64,000 bases of DNA from positions 78,214-142,213 of the forward strand of contig CAZNKB010000004.1 in assembly GCA_964573695.1 (NCBI GenBank). The letters run 5' to 3'. The stretch is from an uncultured Gammaproteobacteria bacterium (GTDB taxonomy: Bacteria; Patescibacteriota; Microgenomatia; UBA10105; UBA927). The notes beneath the pieces were generated by a model, which saw nothing but the letters and a program-made list of their open reading frames with translations, had not been told where the DNA came from and did not search any database. Made by a program: the position numbers and the translations under genes. This document shows, piece after piece, positions 18,425-28,938 of the stretch; position 1 is the stretch's first letter; every line of letters starts with the position of its first letter.

Positions 18425-18826
18425 ATGAAAACACATATTACGTTGGTCAATATTCGAAAGCTTATAGCACATGAGCGGGTTGATGCAGCGCGCCTGCGTT
18501 CGGTGCGTGCGAATATACGTGCAAAACAGGTAATCCGCAGGCCTGTGATAGTTGACAGAGCCTCGCATGTGATCCTGGACGGTCATCACCGTGTCCGTGT
18601 GCTTTGGGAGATGGGAGCAAAACGGGTGCCGGTTTTATACGTCCGGTACAAGGATGCCAAAATCTGTGTGCAGCTTCGCAGAAAAGATATGTTGTCGGCT
18701 ATATTGAAGCGCTATGTACTGGATATGGCCGTAAATGGAAAGCTTTTTCCGTCAAAAACGACGCGGCATATCCTTCCCGGCAGAAGGGCAATGCGGGCAA
18801 TACGCATAAAAGAATTGCTGGAGTAA
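18425..18826 (+). CDS. ParB/Srx-fold protein, probable minimal SerK-like free serine kinase
   Basis: LIAHE, PVIVD, ILDGHHR, GAKRVPV, FPSKTTRH; resembles SerK motifs as recalled; no HTH. Confidence 0.65.
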   Translation: MKTHITLVNIRKLIAHERVDAARLRSVRANIRAKQVIRRPVIVDRASHVILDGHHRVRVLWEMGAKRVPVLYVRYKDAKICVQLRRKDMLSAILKRYVLDMAVNGKLFPSKTTRHILPGRRAMRAIRIKELLE

Positions 18827-18934
18827 CACTATGCATACATATATGTTTTGGAAAAGCAGGGGGAGGGAATATTGGCGGTATACGCTTCGTCCGTGGTGTC
18901 GGTGAATATAAAAAGCAAGAAAGGAACTATATTT

Positions 18935-20245
18935 ATGAACATACAAACAACATATAAACAGGAGATGCCGGATTCGTATCTGAATATCTCCTATTACTTA
19001 AACAAATACCTGCATGAATTGCCGGAGCCGCCGTTGGATCCTAAAACCAAGCGGCCGATAGGTCCCGAAGCGCTTGCACGGTTGTTTCCGCAGGAATTGA
19101 TTAGGCAGGAGGTAACACTTGCAGAATTCGTGCCGATTCCGGAAGAGGTGCAGGAATTGTACCGAATGTACCGGCCTACGCCGTTATTACGGGCGACAAG
19201 GTTGGAAAAGGCGTTGGGTACTCCGGCAAGGATATATTTTAAATACGAAGGAGTTTCCCCGGTGGGGAGCCATAAACTCAATACGGCACTCGCGCAGGCA
19301 TACTACAACAAAAAAGAGGGTGTCCGAATGCTTACGACGGAAACAGGGGCAGGTCAGTGGGGATCGGCACTTGCACTTGCCTGCAGGCTTTTTGACATGA
19401 AGTGCAAGGTGTTTATGGTCAAGAGTTCGTATGCCCAAAAGCCGTACCGTAAAACCGTCATGCATCTTTATGGGGCAGAGGTGACGGCGAGTCCGTCACG
19501 GGAAACACACTCAGGAGCCGAATTTCTTTCCCGCGACCCTGATACGACAGGGAGTCTCGGAATGGCGATATCCGAAGCAATAGAGGTGGCAGCAACGACC
19601 GAAGGCGCGCATTATGCCTTAGGAAGCGTGTTAAATCACGTGTTGCTTCACCAGACCATTATCGGGCAGGAGGCAAAACTGCAGCTTATGAAACAGGATA
19701 TTGCCCCTGACGTTGTGATCGGCTGTTGCGGGGGAGGGAGCAACCTGGCGGGTATCAGTTTTCCGTTCCTAGCGGATAAGCTGTCCGGAAAAAGGAAGGC
19801 GCTCCGCGTGGTGGCGGTAGAGCCCGAGGCGTGCCCGTCACTCACCCGCGGAGAATACCGGTACGACTCCGGTGATTCTGCAGGCATGACGCCTCTTATG
19901 AAGATGTATACGGTCGGAAGTGATTTCGTTCCGCCTGCGATTCATGCCGGCGGCCTGCGGTATCATGGGGATTCGCCGCTCATAAGTTTTCTGTATCATA
20001 AGAAGCTTATTGAAGCAGCGGCCTTCAGTCAGCAGGATGTGTTCAGGGCAGCAGAACTATTTGCGCAAACAGAGGGGATTATTCCGGCGCCGGAATCGTC
20101 GCATGCCATAGCACAGGTAATCTATGAGGCGGCGCGCGCGAAAAAGGAAGGTAAGAGGACCGTTATACTGTTTAATCTTTCCGGGCACGGGCTGCTGGAC
20201 CTCGGGGCATACGAGGAATTTTTGCAGGGAGGACTGTACACATAA
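18935..20245 (+). CDS. trpB2: Tryptophan synthase beta chain, type 2 (TrpB2)
   Basis: [68 protein letters not shown]; AAGGA SD before ATG 18935. Confidence 0.93.
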   Translation: MNIQTTYKQEMPDSYLNISYYLNKYLHELPEPPLDPKTKRPIGPEALARLFPQELIRQEVTLAEFVPIPEEVQELYRMYRPTPLLRATRLEKALGTPARIYFKYEGVSPVGSHKLNTALAQAYYNKKEGVRMLTTETGAGQWGSALALACRLFDMKCKVFMVKSSYAQKPYRKTVMHLYGAEVTASPSRETHSGAEFLSRDPDTTGSLGMAISEAIEVAATTEGAHYALGSVLNHVLLHQTIIGQEAKLQLMKQDIAPDVVIGCCGGGSNLAGISFPFLADKLSGKRKALRVVAVEPEACPSLTRGEYRYDSGDSAGMTPLMKMYTVGSDFVPPAIHAGGLRYHGDSPLISFLYHKKLIEAAAFSQQDVFRAAELFAQTEGIIPAPESSHAIAQVIYEAARAKKEGKRTVILFNLSGHGLLDLGAYEEFLQGGLYT

Positions 20246-20253
20246 ATAACGGT

Positions 20254-20290
20254 ACGTGATTCCTGCCCGGTTTTCGGGCAGGAATCACGT
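20254..20290. repeat. Perfect 16-bp inverted repeat (REP-like hairpin)
   Basis: ACGTGATTCCTGCCCG-GTTTT-CGGGCAGGAATCACGT between trpB2 and trpS; no U tract. Confidence 0.7.
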
Positions 20291-20314
20291 GATACAATGC
20301 AAAGGAGGAAATCT

Positions 20315-21724
20315 ATGAAACGATTATTATCAGGAATTACACCAAGCGGGGACGGAAGCTTACATATCGGTAATTATTTGGGGGCCGTGCGGCAGTTTAT
20401 TGAGCTTGCAAAAACCCACGAAACATACCTGATGGTGGCTGATCTCCACGGGCTTACGACTATTCAGGATAAAACCCGATTGCAGCATAACATCGAAACG
20501 CTTGTGTTAAATGAACTTGCCTTGCTCCGGGGATTTTTGACGGAAGAACAGTTCAGTAAAATCATATTTTTCCGTCAATCCGATGTGACCATGCATACGG
20601 AGTGCCAGTCGATTCTTAACAACGTGACGCCCTTGGGACTTCTTAAGCGGGCCCACGCGTATAAAGATAAATTGCAAAAAGATGTCATGGAAGATGATAT
20701 AAATGTCGGTTTATTTAGCTATCCGATGCTCATGGCGGCGGATATTTTGTTGTACAAACCGGATTTGGTCCCGGTTGGTAAAGATCAGAAACAGCATATC
20801 GAAATAACCCGGGATATCGCTGAGAGATTTAACAAAATTTACAAAAAGAACGTGTTTAAGCTCCTTGAGCCCTATATTCCGGATGAAGTCGCGGTGATCA
20901 TGGGTACGGACGGAAAACGGAAAATGAGTAAAAGCCTGGGTAATGTTATCGCCATATTTGAGTCTGAAGATGTGATACGTAAACAGGTTATGGGGACGTA
21001 TACCGACCCCACTAGAAAACACGTAACTGATCCGGGTCATATCGAAGGGAATATGGTGTTTACGTACCTTGAATTTTTTGGAGAGCCGGCCCGCATCGAT
21101 TCGCTTAAAGAATCCTATAAAGCCGGCAACGTATCCGACGTGGAGGTGAAAGAATATTTATTTGATAGTCTCATGACATTTTTTGGTCCAGCACGGAAGG
21201 CTTATGAAGAATTAAAGAGCAATCCGGAAGTGGTGAAGGATATTCTTAAGTACGGCCAGGCTAGGGCACTAGCTGTCGCCGTAGAAACCATGAAAGGCGT
21301 CCGTGAAGCCACAGGAATCACAACGGGTTATTCGTTTTTCGAGTACGCGAAGCCTAGAGCGGGAAGTTCTATTTCCATAGAGGATTTTGCCCGGGTGGAG
21401 GTTCGTGTGGGGCGCGTTGTGAAAGCTACCAACAAAGAGGGGAGTGAGAAACTTATCCGTTTGGTGGTAGACATAGGAGAGAAAGTGCCCCGCATTGTAT
21501 TTACAGGGGTTCGAGGATTTGGGTACACGCCAAAAGATTTTGAAGGTAAACAATTTCTTTTTATCACCAACCTCATGTTTCGGAAGATGATGGACGAGGA
21601 AAGTCAGGGGATGATCCTTGCTGTGGACTCGCCTCGCTTAAGCTCCGGCGAAGCGGGCGGGGTAGATAAGAAGCCACAATTTATTTCCGCCGAAGGTATG
21701 CCGGTTGGATCCAAAATTCGCTAA
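20315..21724 (+). CDS. trpS: Tryptophan--tRNA ligase fused to a C-terminal tRNA-binding OB domain (Trbp111/CsaA-like)
   Basis: SGITPSG, HIGNYLGA, YPMLMAADILL, VPVGKDQKQH, KMSKS; tail ISIEDFARVEVRVG...SEKLIRLVVDIGE...ESQGMILA. Confidence 0.93.
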   Translation: MKRLLSGITPSGDGSLHIGNYLGAVRQFIELAKTHETYLMVADLHGLTTIQDKTRLQHNIETLVLNELALLRGFLTEEQFSKIIFFRQSDVTMHTECQSILNNVTPLGLLKRAHAYKDKLQKDVMEDDINVGLFSYPMLMAADILLYKPDLVPVGKDQKQHIEITRDIAERFNKIYKKNVFKLLEPYIPDEVAVIMGTDGKRKMSKSLGNVIAIFESEDVIRKQVMGTYTDPTRKHVTDPGHIEGNMVFTYLEFFGEPARIDSLKESYKAGNVSDVEVKEYLFDSLMTFFGPARKAYEELKSNPEVVKDILKYGQARALAVAVETMKGVREATGITTGYSFFEYAKPRAGSSISIEDFARVEVRVGRVVKATNKEGSEKLIRLVVDIGEKVPRIVFTGVRGFGYTPKDFEGKQFLFITNLMFRKMMDEESQGMILAVDSPRLSSGEAGGVDKKPQFISAEGMPVGSKIR

Positions 21725-21773
21725 GTATCCGCGGGTGATTCTCTCTATCGAACGTGGTATACTTGTGGCTCGT

Positions 21774-23660
21774 ATGGCAGAAAAACGAAATCAAACAGGG
21801 AAGAAAAACGGCAACGGTAAGAAATCCAAAAAAATCTTCCAACTTCAACTGCAACTTAACTTTAAGAATGTGGTCATCGGGCTTTTTGCTCTTTTTTTCC
21901 TTTTTTCCGTGTTGGGGAGTATGGGGAGTCAGGCCGGTTCAGCAAATGCAAAGCCGCTTTCGACTGTTGTGGCAGACGTAAAAGAAGGAAAGGTAAAAGC
22001 AATAGACGTGGAGGATTCTAAGCTCACGGTGATTAACAAAGACGGAAGCAAATACGTGTCGATCAAGGAATCCCAGGATTCACTGATTACGGTTTTGGAG
22101 CGATCCGGAGTAGATCCCAAAACCGTTGAAATAAACATCAAAGATTTGAGTATGGGCGCTATCTGGCTGGGACTTATTTCCAATGTACTCCCGTTGGTTC
22201 TCACGGTTGTATTTTTTCTGTTTCTTTTCCGGCAAGCACGGGGAGCGCAGGATAATATTTTCCAATTCGGGCAAAGCAAGGCGAGAATTTGGAATAAAGA
22301 TTTACCCAAAGTAACATTCAAGGATGTGGCGGGGGTTGATGAGGCAAAAAAAGAGCTTGAAGAGGTGGTCGACTTTCTGAAAAATCCCGCTAAGTATACG
22401 ACACTTGGAGCGCGTACACCTAAAGGTGTGATTCTCGTTGGGCCGTCAGGAACGGGAAAAACGCTTCTTGCCAAAGCTATGGCGGGTGAGGCACGAACCG
22501 CTTTTTACTCCATAGCCGGGAGCGAGTTTATGGAGATGCTGGTTGGCGTGGGAGCTGCGCGCGTACGGGACCTTTTTGCACAAGCCAAGAAAAACGCTCC
22601 GGCTATTATTTTTATCGATGAGGTTGATGCGATAGGACGCATGCGAAGTGTGGGTGTTATGGGTGGACATGACGAACGTGAGCAGACGCTCAACCAGATT
22701 TTAGTGGAAATGGACGGGTTTGAACCAAATACTGCAGTATTGATCGTTGCTGCAACTAACCGCGGTGATTTGCTGGATCCGGCCTTGACCCGTCCCGGAC
22801 GGTTTGACCGGCGTGTCGTTTTGGATTTGCCTGATTTGGAAGGACGGAAAGCAATTCTTTCTATTCATGCAAAGGGTAAGCCGTTCGGTACGAACGTAAA
22901 TTGGGATAAGGTTGCCAAGCGCACCGTTGGATTTTCCGGAGCGGATTTGGAAAATATGTTAAATGAAGCAGCTATTCATGCAGCTCGGGCAGCAAAAAAG
23001 GAAATCGATATGCCCGATATTGAAGAGGCAGCTACCAAAGTGAAATTGGGTCCGGAAAAGAAACGCTTACAAAGTGATTTGGACCGCAAAATGACTGCGT
23101 ATCACGAAGCAGGGCACGCGATTGTCAATTACTATAGCCCGCACTTGGATCCGGTGCATCGCATCAGTATAGTATCTCGCGGTATGGCACTCGGATTTAC
23201 CATGGCGCCTCCTGAAAAGGATCGGCTTCACGAAACGAAATCCCGCTTATTAGAAGAAATGGCTATGACCATGGGGGGCAGAGCTGCAGAACAGGTGGTG
23301 TTTAAAGAGGTAACGAGCGGAGCAGCAAATGATATTGATCAGGCCACCCGGATAGCCCGATTTATGGTGACAGAGTGGGGGATGAGTGATTTGGGACCGA
23401 TTAACTTCGGACCGGTTACGGATGTCACCGAGTGGGGAAAAGGATTTTATGAACAGCAAAGCGTGTCGCAGGAGATGCAGTCCGCTATAGACCGCGAGGT
23501 GAAAAAATTGATTGATGTCGCTCACGCTCAGGCGCTTGCTCTTATCAAGAAATATCGTAAAGATCTCGACGTCGTGGCCGAGGCCCTTATTAAAAAAGAG
23601 ACTCTCGAGGGTGATGATTTTTCCGCATTGTTAGGGAGTGAAAAAAAGAGAAGCATCTAA
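21774..23660 (+). CDS. ftsH: ATP-dependent zinc metalloprotease FtsH
   Basis: Two TMs, [29 protein letters not shown]. Confidence 0.97.
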   Translation: MAEKRNQTGKKNGNGKKSKKIFQLQLQLNFKNVVIGLFALFFLFSVLGSMGSQAGSANAKPLSTVVADVKEGKVKAIDVEDSKLTVINKDGSKYVSIKESQDSLITVLERSGVDPKTVEINIKDLSMGAIWLGLISNVLPLVLTVVFFLFLFRQARGAQDNIFQFGQSKARIWNKDLPKVTFKDVAGVDEAKKELEEVVDFLKNPAKYTTLGARTPKGVILVGPSGTGKTLLAKAMAGEARTAFYSIAGSEFMEMLVGVGAARVRDLFAQAKKNAPAIIFIDEVDAIGRMRSVGVMGGHDEREQTLNQILVEMDGFEPNTAVLIVAATNRGDLLDPALTRPGRFDRRVVLDLPDLEGRKAILSIHAKGKPFGTNVNWDKVAKRTVGFSGADLENMLNEAAIHAARAAKKEIDMPDIEEAATKVKLGPEKKRLQSDLDRKMTAYHEAGHAIVNYYSPHLDPVHRISIVSRGMALGFTMAPPEKDRLHETKSRLLEEMAMTMGGRAAEQVVFKEVTSGAANDIDQATRIARFMVTEWGMSDLGPINFGPVTDVTEWGKGFYEQQSVSQEMQSAIDREVKKLIDVAHAQALALIKKYRKDLDVVAEALIKKETLEGDDFSALLGSEKKRSI

Positions 23661-23668
23661 CTTACTCC

Positions 23669-24640
23669 ATGAACCGATTGGTACTGATAGACGGCAACGC
23701 TATTATGCATCGGGCGTATCATGCGCTTCCGCCTTTGACTTCACCGTCTGGCAGACCGGTGCATATCGTTTACGGCTTCGTTTCGATGATGATTAAGATT
23801 TTTCATGATCTCAAACCGACCCACGTGGCTGTTGCATTTGACCGACCCGGACCCACATTCCGTGAAAAATTATTTCCGGCATATCAATCACAACGACCAA
23901 AAATGGAAGATGACTTTGTTAGCCAGATACCACTTGTCCACGATATGGTGTCAGCCTTAGGGATTCCTGCGTATGAAAGCGACGGATTTGAAGCAGATGA
24001 TGTAATCGGGACTATATGCAGACAAGTCAGTGGCAAACAGGTAACGGGTAATACCCAACGCATTGATCAGGTGGTTATTATCACGGGCGATCGGGATATA
24101 TTGCAGCTTGTGTCGGATGAAAAAGTGCTCATATTCATGCCAACAAAAGGACTTTCTGAAGGGAAATTATACGGAGAAAAGGAAGTCGTTGAGCGTATGG
24201 GGGTTATACCCGCACGCATAGCGGATTTAAAAGCGCTAATGGGAGATGCGTCAGATAATTACCCCGGTGTGGCTGGGGTTGGGCCCAAGACCGCCGTTTC
24301 TCTCCTTGATCAGTTCGGATCCGTTGAAAAGATATACAAAGCATTGGACAGGGTCAACGGTGATATGACGAAAACCAAGTTGCAACATGGCCGTGAGAGT
24401 GCATTTTTGGGCAAATATCTTGCAACCATACGAACAGATGCTCCTGTGACATTTGAACCGGTAGCAGCTCGACTTACGACCCTAGACACCCCGAAAGCGA
24501 GGGCAATGCTGGAGACGTTACATTTTCCGTCGCTTCTTAAGCGTTTAAGCGGGCAGATGCCGGTTGAAAAGAAAACCAAGCAAACGAAGGAGCTTAAAAA
24601 ACAAAAAACGGTAAGCGACGATCAGCAGGTGATGTTTTGA
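23669..24640 (+). CDS. Stand-alone 5'-3' exonuclease (PolA N-terminal domain-like)
   Basis: LIDGNAIMHRAYHA, GFEADDVIGT, TGDRDILQL, GDASDNYPGVAGVGPKTA; no polymerase domain. Confidence 0.9.
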   Translation: MNRLVLIDGNAIMHRAYHALPPLTSPSGRPVHIVYGFVSMMIKIFHDLKPTHVAVAFDRPGPTFREKLFPAYQSQRPKMEDDFVSQIPLVHDMVSALGIPAYESDGFEADDVIGTICRQVSGKQVTGNTQRIDQVVIITGDRDILQLVSDEKVLIFMPTKGLSEGKLYGEKEVVERMGVIPARIADLKALMGDASDNYPGVAGVGPKTAVSLLDQFGSVEKIYKALDRVNGDMTKTKLQHGRESAFLGKYLATIRTDAPVTFEPVAARLTTLDTPKARAMLETLHFPSLLKRLSGQMPVEKKTKQTKELKKQKTVSDDQQVMF

Positions 24641-24643
24641 AGC

Positions 24644-25012
24644 ATGAGCAGATTGGAGTCAAAGGCAAATTGTATAGGATGTGCACTGTCGGCAAGGGGA
24701 TTAGCCCCGGACGGATTTTATGATCCGGCATTCGTTGACGCATATCTTGAAGACGTGCCGCTTTCGCAAGCGAATCTCGTGGTGGGCGTAGTTAATGGCG
24801 TTGTTTGCCACGTGGTACCGTTTGACTTTATGCATCCGATCACCGTTGTGCACAGGCGTAAGACCGGCGACCGGATTAAGTGGAAAGAGTCGTTTTTTGC
24901 CGCCATAGGTCATTTGTATCACGATTTCTCTCGTGATGGGCGTACTCTGGCTCGGTTGCGGTATATGGCACCGCGTAAAGGTGTAAACTTGCTTCAGTGG
25001 CGACGGGTATAA
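24644..25012 (+). CDS. Hypothetical protein
   Basis: 122 aa ORF packed in the operon; CxxC near the N-terminus. Confidence 0.5.
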   Translation: MSRLESKANCIGCALSARGLAPDGFYDPAFVDAYLEDVPLSQANLVVGVVNGVVCHVVPFDFMHPITVVHRRKTGDRIKWKESFFAAIGHLYHDFSRDGRTLARLRYMAPRKGVNLLQWRRV

Positions 25013-25016
25013 ACAT

Positions 25017-26132
25017 ATGAAAATTGCTCTTATCCATGATTATTTGCGTGAATATGGCGGTGCTGAGCGGGTTGTCGAAGCAATGCACGACATATGGCCT
25101 CTAGCGCCCTTATATACCTCGTTTGTAGATTGGCAATCCCTCGGCAGTCATGCAACAAGGTTCAAGGATTGGGATATACGGACAAGTTGGGTGCAAACAA
25201 ACCCTATTGTCAAAGCATGGCATTCGCCCCTTAGATTTTTGGCTCCGAAAGTGTGGGAGAGCTTTGATCTTTCCGGATACGATGTTGTGCTTTCGAGCAG
25301 CGGCTGGTTTATCTGTCGTGGGGTGAAAGTTATTCCTCCGACAAAACATATTTGTTATATTCATCACCCGCCAAGAAATCTTTACGGGTATGCCACCGGC
25401 CGGACATTCCAAAAATACGCAGCCGTAAGGGCATATGCGACGTTTATCAATTTTTTTATGCGGCAATACGACTACAAAACAGCGCAACTGGTGGATTATT
25501 TTGTCGCAAACTCTTTGGAAACCCAACGAAGGGTCAAGAAGTTTTACCGACGGGAATCAACAGTGATTTATCCTCCTGTTGATATGCCGCCCCTAAACGA
25601 AAAAGCAGTTCCCGTTCAAAGAACATACTACTTAAGCGTGGGAAGGTTGGTATGGGCAAAACAGATTGACCTTATCGTAAAGGCCGCAAATATGAGAAAG
25701 TTTACGCTAAAAATTGTTGGAACGGGTCCAGAAGACGAACATCTCCGCGCCCTTTCGGGTCCCACTGTCGAGTTTTTGGGATCGGTTTCCGACGAAGAGC
25801 TCAACGCGTTATATCGGGGGGCGAAAGCAACGATATTTTGTGCACAGGACGAGGATTTCGGTATGGTACCTATAGAATCTATGGCACATGGGACTCCGGT
25901 CATCGCCCTTTCTCAAGGAGGAGTTAGAGAGACCGTGATTGACTCTGAAACGGGTATCTTATTCAATGTCGGGGATGTGCCGTCGCTTGTCAGTGCAATC
26001 GGAAAGTTTGAGCGAAAGCACACGGACTGGTCAGCGGCATGTCAAAGACAAGCCGCCAGATTTTCGAAGGCACGTTTTCAACGGGAGATCGTGGATTTTG
26101 TCAATAAACATATGACAAAACGTCTCATATGA
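25017..26132 (+). CDS. Glycosyltransferase family 4
   Basis: HDYL..GGAERV, EDFGMVPIESMAHGTPVI. Confidence 0.92.
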   Translation: MKIALIHDYLREYGGAERVVEAMHDIWPLAPLYTSFVDWQSLGSHATRFKDWDIRTSWVQTNPIVKAWHSPLRFLAPKVWESFDLSGYDVVLSSSGWFICRGVKVIPPTKHICYIHHPPRNLYGYATGRTFQKYAAVRAYATFINFFMRQYDYKTAQLVDYFVANSLETQRRVKKFYRRESTVIYPPVDMPPLNEKAVPVQRTYYLSVGRLVWAKQIDLIVKAANMRKFTLKIVGTGPEDEHLRALSGPTVEFLGSVSDEELNALYRGAKATIFCAQDEDFGMVPIESMAHGTPVIALSQGGVRETVIDSETGILFNVGDVPSLVSAIGKFERKHTDWSAACQRQAARFSKARFQREIVDFVNKHMTKRLI

Positions 26133-26220
26133 CGTTTTGTATATTACTTTAAGAATTCATTACTGTGTGGTAGGATAAAAAGCATCACAGTAACCAGATG
26201 TATAGAAGGAGCATGCTGAA

Positions 26221-26922
26221 ATGGCACAAGACCCAGAAGTTTTTGTACTTTCCTTAGGGGGATCATTAATCGTTCCGAACGAGGGAATTGATACTGCGTT
26301 CCTTAAGGAATTCCATGAATTTATCCGCAATCAAATCTCCTCAAAAAACAGGAGATTTTTTATAACTGTCGGCGGCGGGTCTATTACCAGACATTATCAG
26401 CAGGCAGCTCGAGAAGTGAGAAATCATGATTTGAGCGATACGGATGCGGATTGGTTGGGAGTTCACGCCACGCGTCTCAACGCGCAGCTTATGCGGGCAA
26501 TATTTCAGGATTTGGCCGATCCCAGGGTTATCAAACATTATGAAATAATTCTTAAGATTCAGTCACCCGTAGCAATTGCTGCCGGCTGGAAACCAGGATG
26601 GAGCACGGATTACTGTGCGGTCACGGTTTGTCAGGATTACGGACTCACGCAAGTGGTGAATATGACCAACGTCGATCAGGTATATGATAAGGACCCAAAT
26701 AAATTCAAGGATGCCAAAGCGATTACGAATATTTCATGGGATGAATATCGGGATATGGTCGGGGATGTATGGAAACCCGGTATGAACGCGCCGTTTGACC
26801 CGATCGCAAGTAAATTGGCACAGGACCTCGGGGTGACCGTAAAAATCGTCAACGGGAAAAATTTATCCAATCTCGACCTGGCCCTAGACGGAAAAGAGTT
26901 TGTCGGAACGACCATAAAGTAA
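26221..26922 (+). CDS. pyrH: UMP kinase, archaeal type
   Basis: VLSLGGS, VGGG, DWLGVHATRLNA, PGWSTDY, TNVDQVYDKDP, PFDPIA. Confidence 0.9.
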   Translation: MAQDPEVFVLSLGGSLIVPNEGIDTAFLKEFHEFIRNQISSKNRRFFITVGGGSITRHYQQAAREVRNHDLSDTDADWLGVHATRLNAQLMRAIFQDLADPRVIKHYEIILKIQSPVAIAAGWKPGWSTDYCAVTVCQDYGLTQVVNMTNVDQVYDKDPNKFKDAKAITNISWDEYRDMVGDVWKPGMNAPFDPIASKLAQDLGVTVKIVNGKNLSNLDLALDGKEFVGTTIK

Positions 26923-26928
26923 ATCCAC

Positions 26929-27987
26929 ATGACGTTTTTGTCACTCGTGTTACAGCACTTCCGCAGTTATCCCGATAAAACCTGGTCGTTTACTCCGGGA
27001 ATTACCTGCATTGTCGGGCCAAATGCAGCAGGCAAAACCAATATATTGGAAGCGATTATGCTGCTTGCTACCGCCAAAGGGTTTCGCGCTGGGCTTGACC
27101 GGGAGATGATCGAGTGGGGAGCCGATGTAGCCAGGGTGAGGGGCACATGCGATGAAGAAAAATTAGAGATTGTCCTTACGACTGGCGCAGTCGCCGGGCA
27201 GCCTGCCTCGCTAAAAAAACTTCTTGTGAATGGGGTGGCCCGCCGAGCCATAGATTTTGTCGGTGTATTACGGGCAGTATTGTTTTGGCCGGAAGACATG
27301 GAAATAGTGACCGATAGTCCGAGTATCCGTAGAAAATATCTTGATACGGTACTCACGCAAACAGACCGCGAATACCGGAGAAATCTGGTGTCTTTTGAGC
27401 GTGGCGTACGTCAGAGGAATAAGCTGCTGGATCTTATAAGCGAAGGGAAGGCTTCCCGATCCCAATTGATCTTCTGGGATCAGTTGCTTATCCGTGCAGG
27501 AGGGTTTATAACACAGCGGAGGGCAACATATATCGAATTCGTCAACGGAACGACTCTCAAAAACCATCGTTTCCATATATCGTATGACAAAAGCGTCATA
27601 TCCGAAGCGCGACTTACACAATACAAAAACGAGGAGATAGCTGCAAAATCCACCCTTGTCGGGCCGCATCGTGATGATTTTACTCTTTTTAGTCGGGAAC
27701 ATGCGGCGGCGACCGATACGGGGCTTCGCAACATCAGCACGTTCGGTTCCCGGGGAGAGCAACGGCTCGCTGTTTTGTGGCTCAAATTGGCAGAACTGGT
27801 TTATATTGAAAAAGAAACCGGGAGTAGGCCGATATTATTACTTGACGATATATTTTCTGAGTTAGATGAAGCGCACCGCGCATTGGTAGGGGAGGTCATA
27901 CACAAACAACAGACAATTATCACCAGCGCTGATTTTGAGTCGTTGCCCGAGGATATACAGAAGAAGGCATATATCATTCGGTTATAA
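26929..27987 (+). CDS. recF: DNA replication/repair protein RecF
   Basis: FRSY, GPNAAGKTNILEAI, GPHRDD, SRGEQR, LLLDDIFSELD. Confidence 0.95.
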   Translation: MTFLSLVLQHFRSYPDKTWSFTPGITCIVGPNAAGKTNILEAIMLLATAKGFRAGLDREMIEWGADVARVRGTCDEEKLEIVLTTGAVAGQPASLKKLLVNGVARRAIDFVGVLRAVLFWPEDMEIVTDSPSIRRKYLDTVLTQTDREYRRNLVSFERGVRQRNKLLDLISEGKASRSQLIFWDQLLIRAGGFITQRRATYIEFVNGTTLKNHRFHISYDKSVISEARLTQYKNEEIAAKSTLVGPHRDDFTLFSREHAAATDTGLRNISTFGSRGEQRLAVLWLKLAELVYIEKETGSRPILLLDDIFSELDEAHRALVGEVIHKQQTIITSADFESLPEDIQKKAYIIRL

Positions 27988-27994
27988 TACCTAT

Positions 27995-28858
27995 ATGAAA
28001 GACGTCACCATAGCGGATGTACAGAAGGTGAAAATCGCGTATCCAGGGACACACAAAGGACAAAACGGAAGACTGCTTATCATTGGTGGTAGCCACCTGT
28101 TTCATGCGGCAAGCATTTGGGCGCTGGAAGTCGCTTCCCGCATTGTTGATCTTGTACATTATTCTTCTGTCCCTGAAAACAATGCATTGGTCATGTCCGT
28201 CAAAGAGCAATTTAGGGACGGTATTGTCGTGCCTCGATCAGATATTGAAGCGTATATCTTGGAAGATGACTGCATCCTCATCGGTCCAGGTATGACGCGG
28301 GACAAGGAAACGGCCGATATTACCCATACGTTGCTGCAAGCCTACCCCGACAAAAAGTGGGTAATAGATGCGGGTGCGCTCCAGATGCTTGATTTAAACG
28401 ATATACCTCATAATGCCATACTTACGCCACATCATCACGAGTTTATTTCCCTATGGGAAAAGGCGAAAGCCGCTCACCCGCAGTTTTCGCAGGCTGTTCT
28501 GGATGAAGATAGGGTGAAGGTGCTTGCCAAACAGTATCATTGCACCATTTTGCTCAAAGGACAAACCGATATTGTGTGTTCTGGAGGGGATTGTGACACA
28601 AATGTATGTGTTCCTGGGGAGACGTTTTTTGTACACGGTGGCAATGAAGGGATGACAAAAGGGGGGACGGGGGACGTACTTGCAGGTCTGGTAGCTGCAA
28701 TTGCCTGCAAAAATGATCCGGTTTTGGCTGCAATGGCCGGAAGTTTTATAAACAAAGCGGCGGGGGATGAACTTTTTTCGACTGTCGGGCAGTTTTTTAA
28801 CGCGTCTGATTTAGCCAAACAGGTGCCAAAAACATTAAAAAGGATTTTTTACCCCTAA
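27995..28858 (+). CDS. nnrD: ADP-dependent NAD(P)H-hydrate dehydratase (YjeF C-terminal)
   Basis: HKGQNGRLLIIGGS, IGPGM, VIDAGAL, LTPHHHEF, GGTGDVLAG. Confidence 0.88.
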   Translation: MKDVTIADVQKVKIAYPGTHKGQNGRLLIIGGSHLFHAASIWALEVASRIVDLVHYSSVPENNALVMSVKEQFRDGIVVPRSDIEAYILEDDCILIGPGMTRDKETADITHTLLQAYPDKKWVIDAGALQMLDLNDIPHNAILTPHHHEFISLWEKAKAAHPQFSQAVLDEDRVKVLAKQYHCTILLKGQTDIVCSGGDCDTNVCVPGETFFVHGGNEGMTKGGTGDVLAGLVAAIACKNDPVLAAMAGSFINKAAGDELFSTVGQFFNASDLAKQVPKTLKRIFYP

Positions 28859-28938
28859 TTAAGTTGCTATTGTAAAGCTATGTGAATGCGGGTATTATAC
28901 AGGAATAGTGCGGGAATTCCGTATGTAGGTAATTCGTT

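Noticed and set aside
18425-18826. Chromosome-partition ParB
   Set aside because: Too short, no HTH or dimerisation domain, no parA; context is tryptophan metabolism
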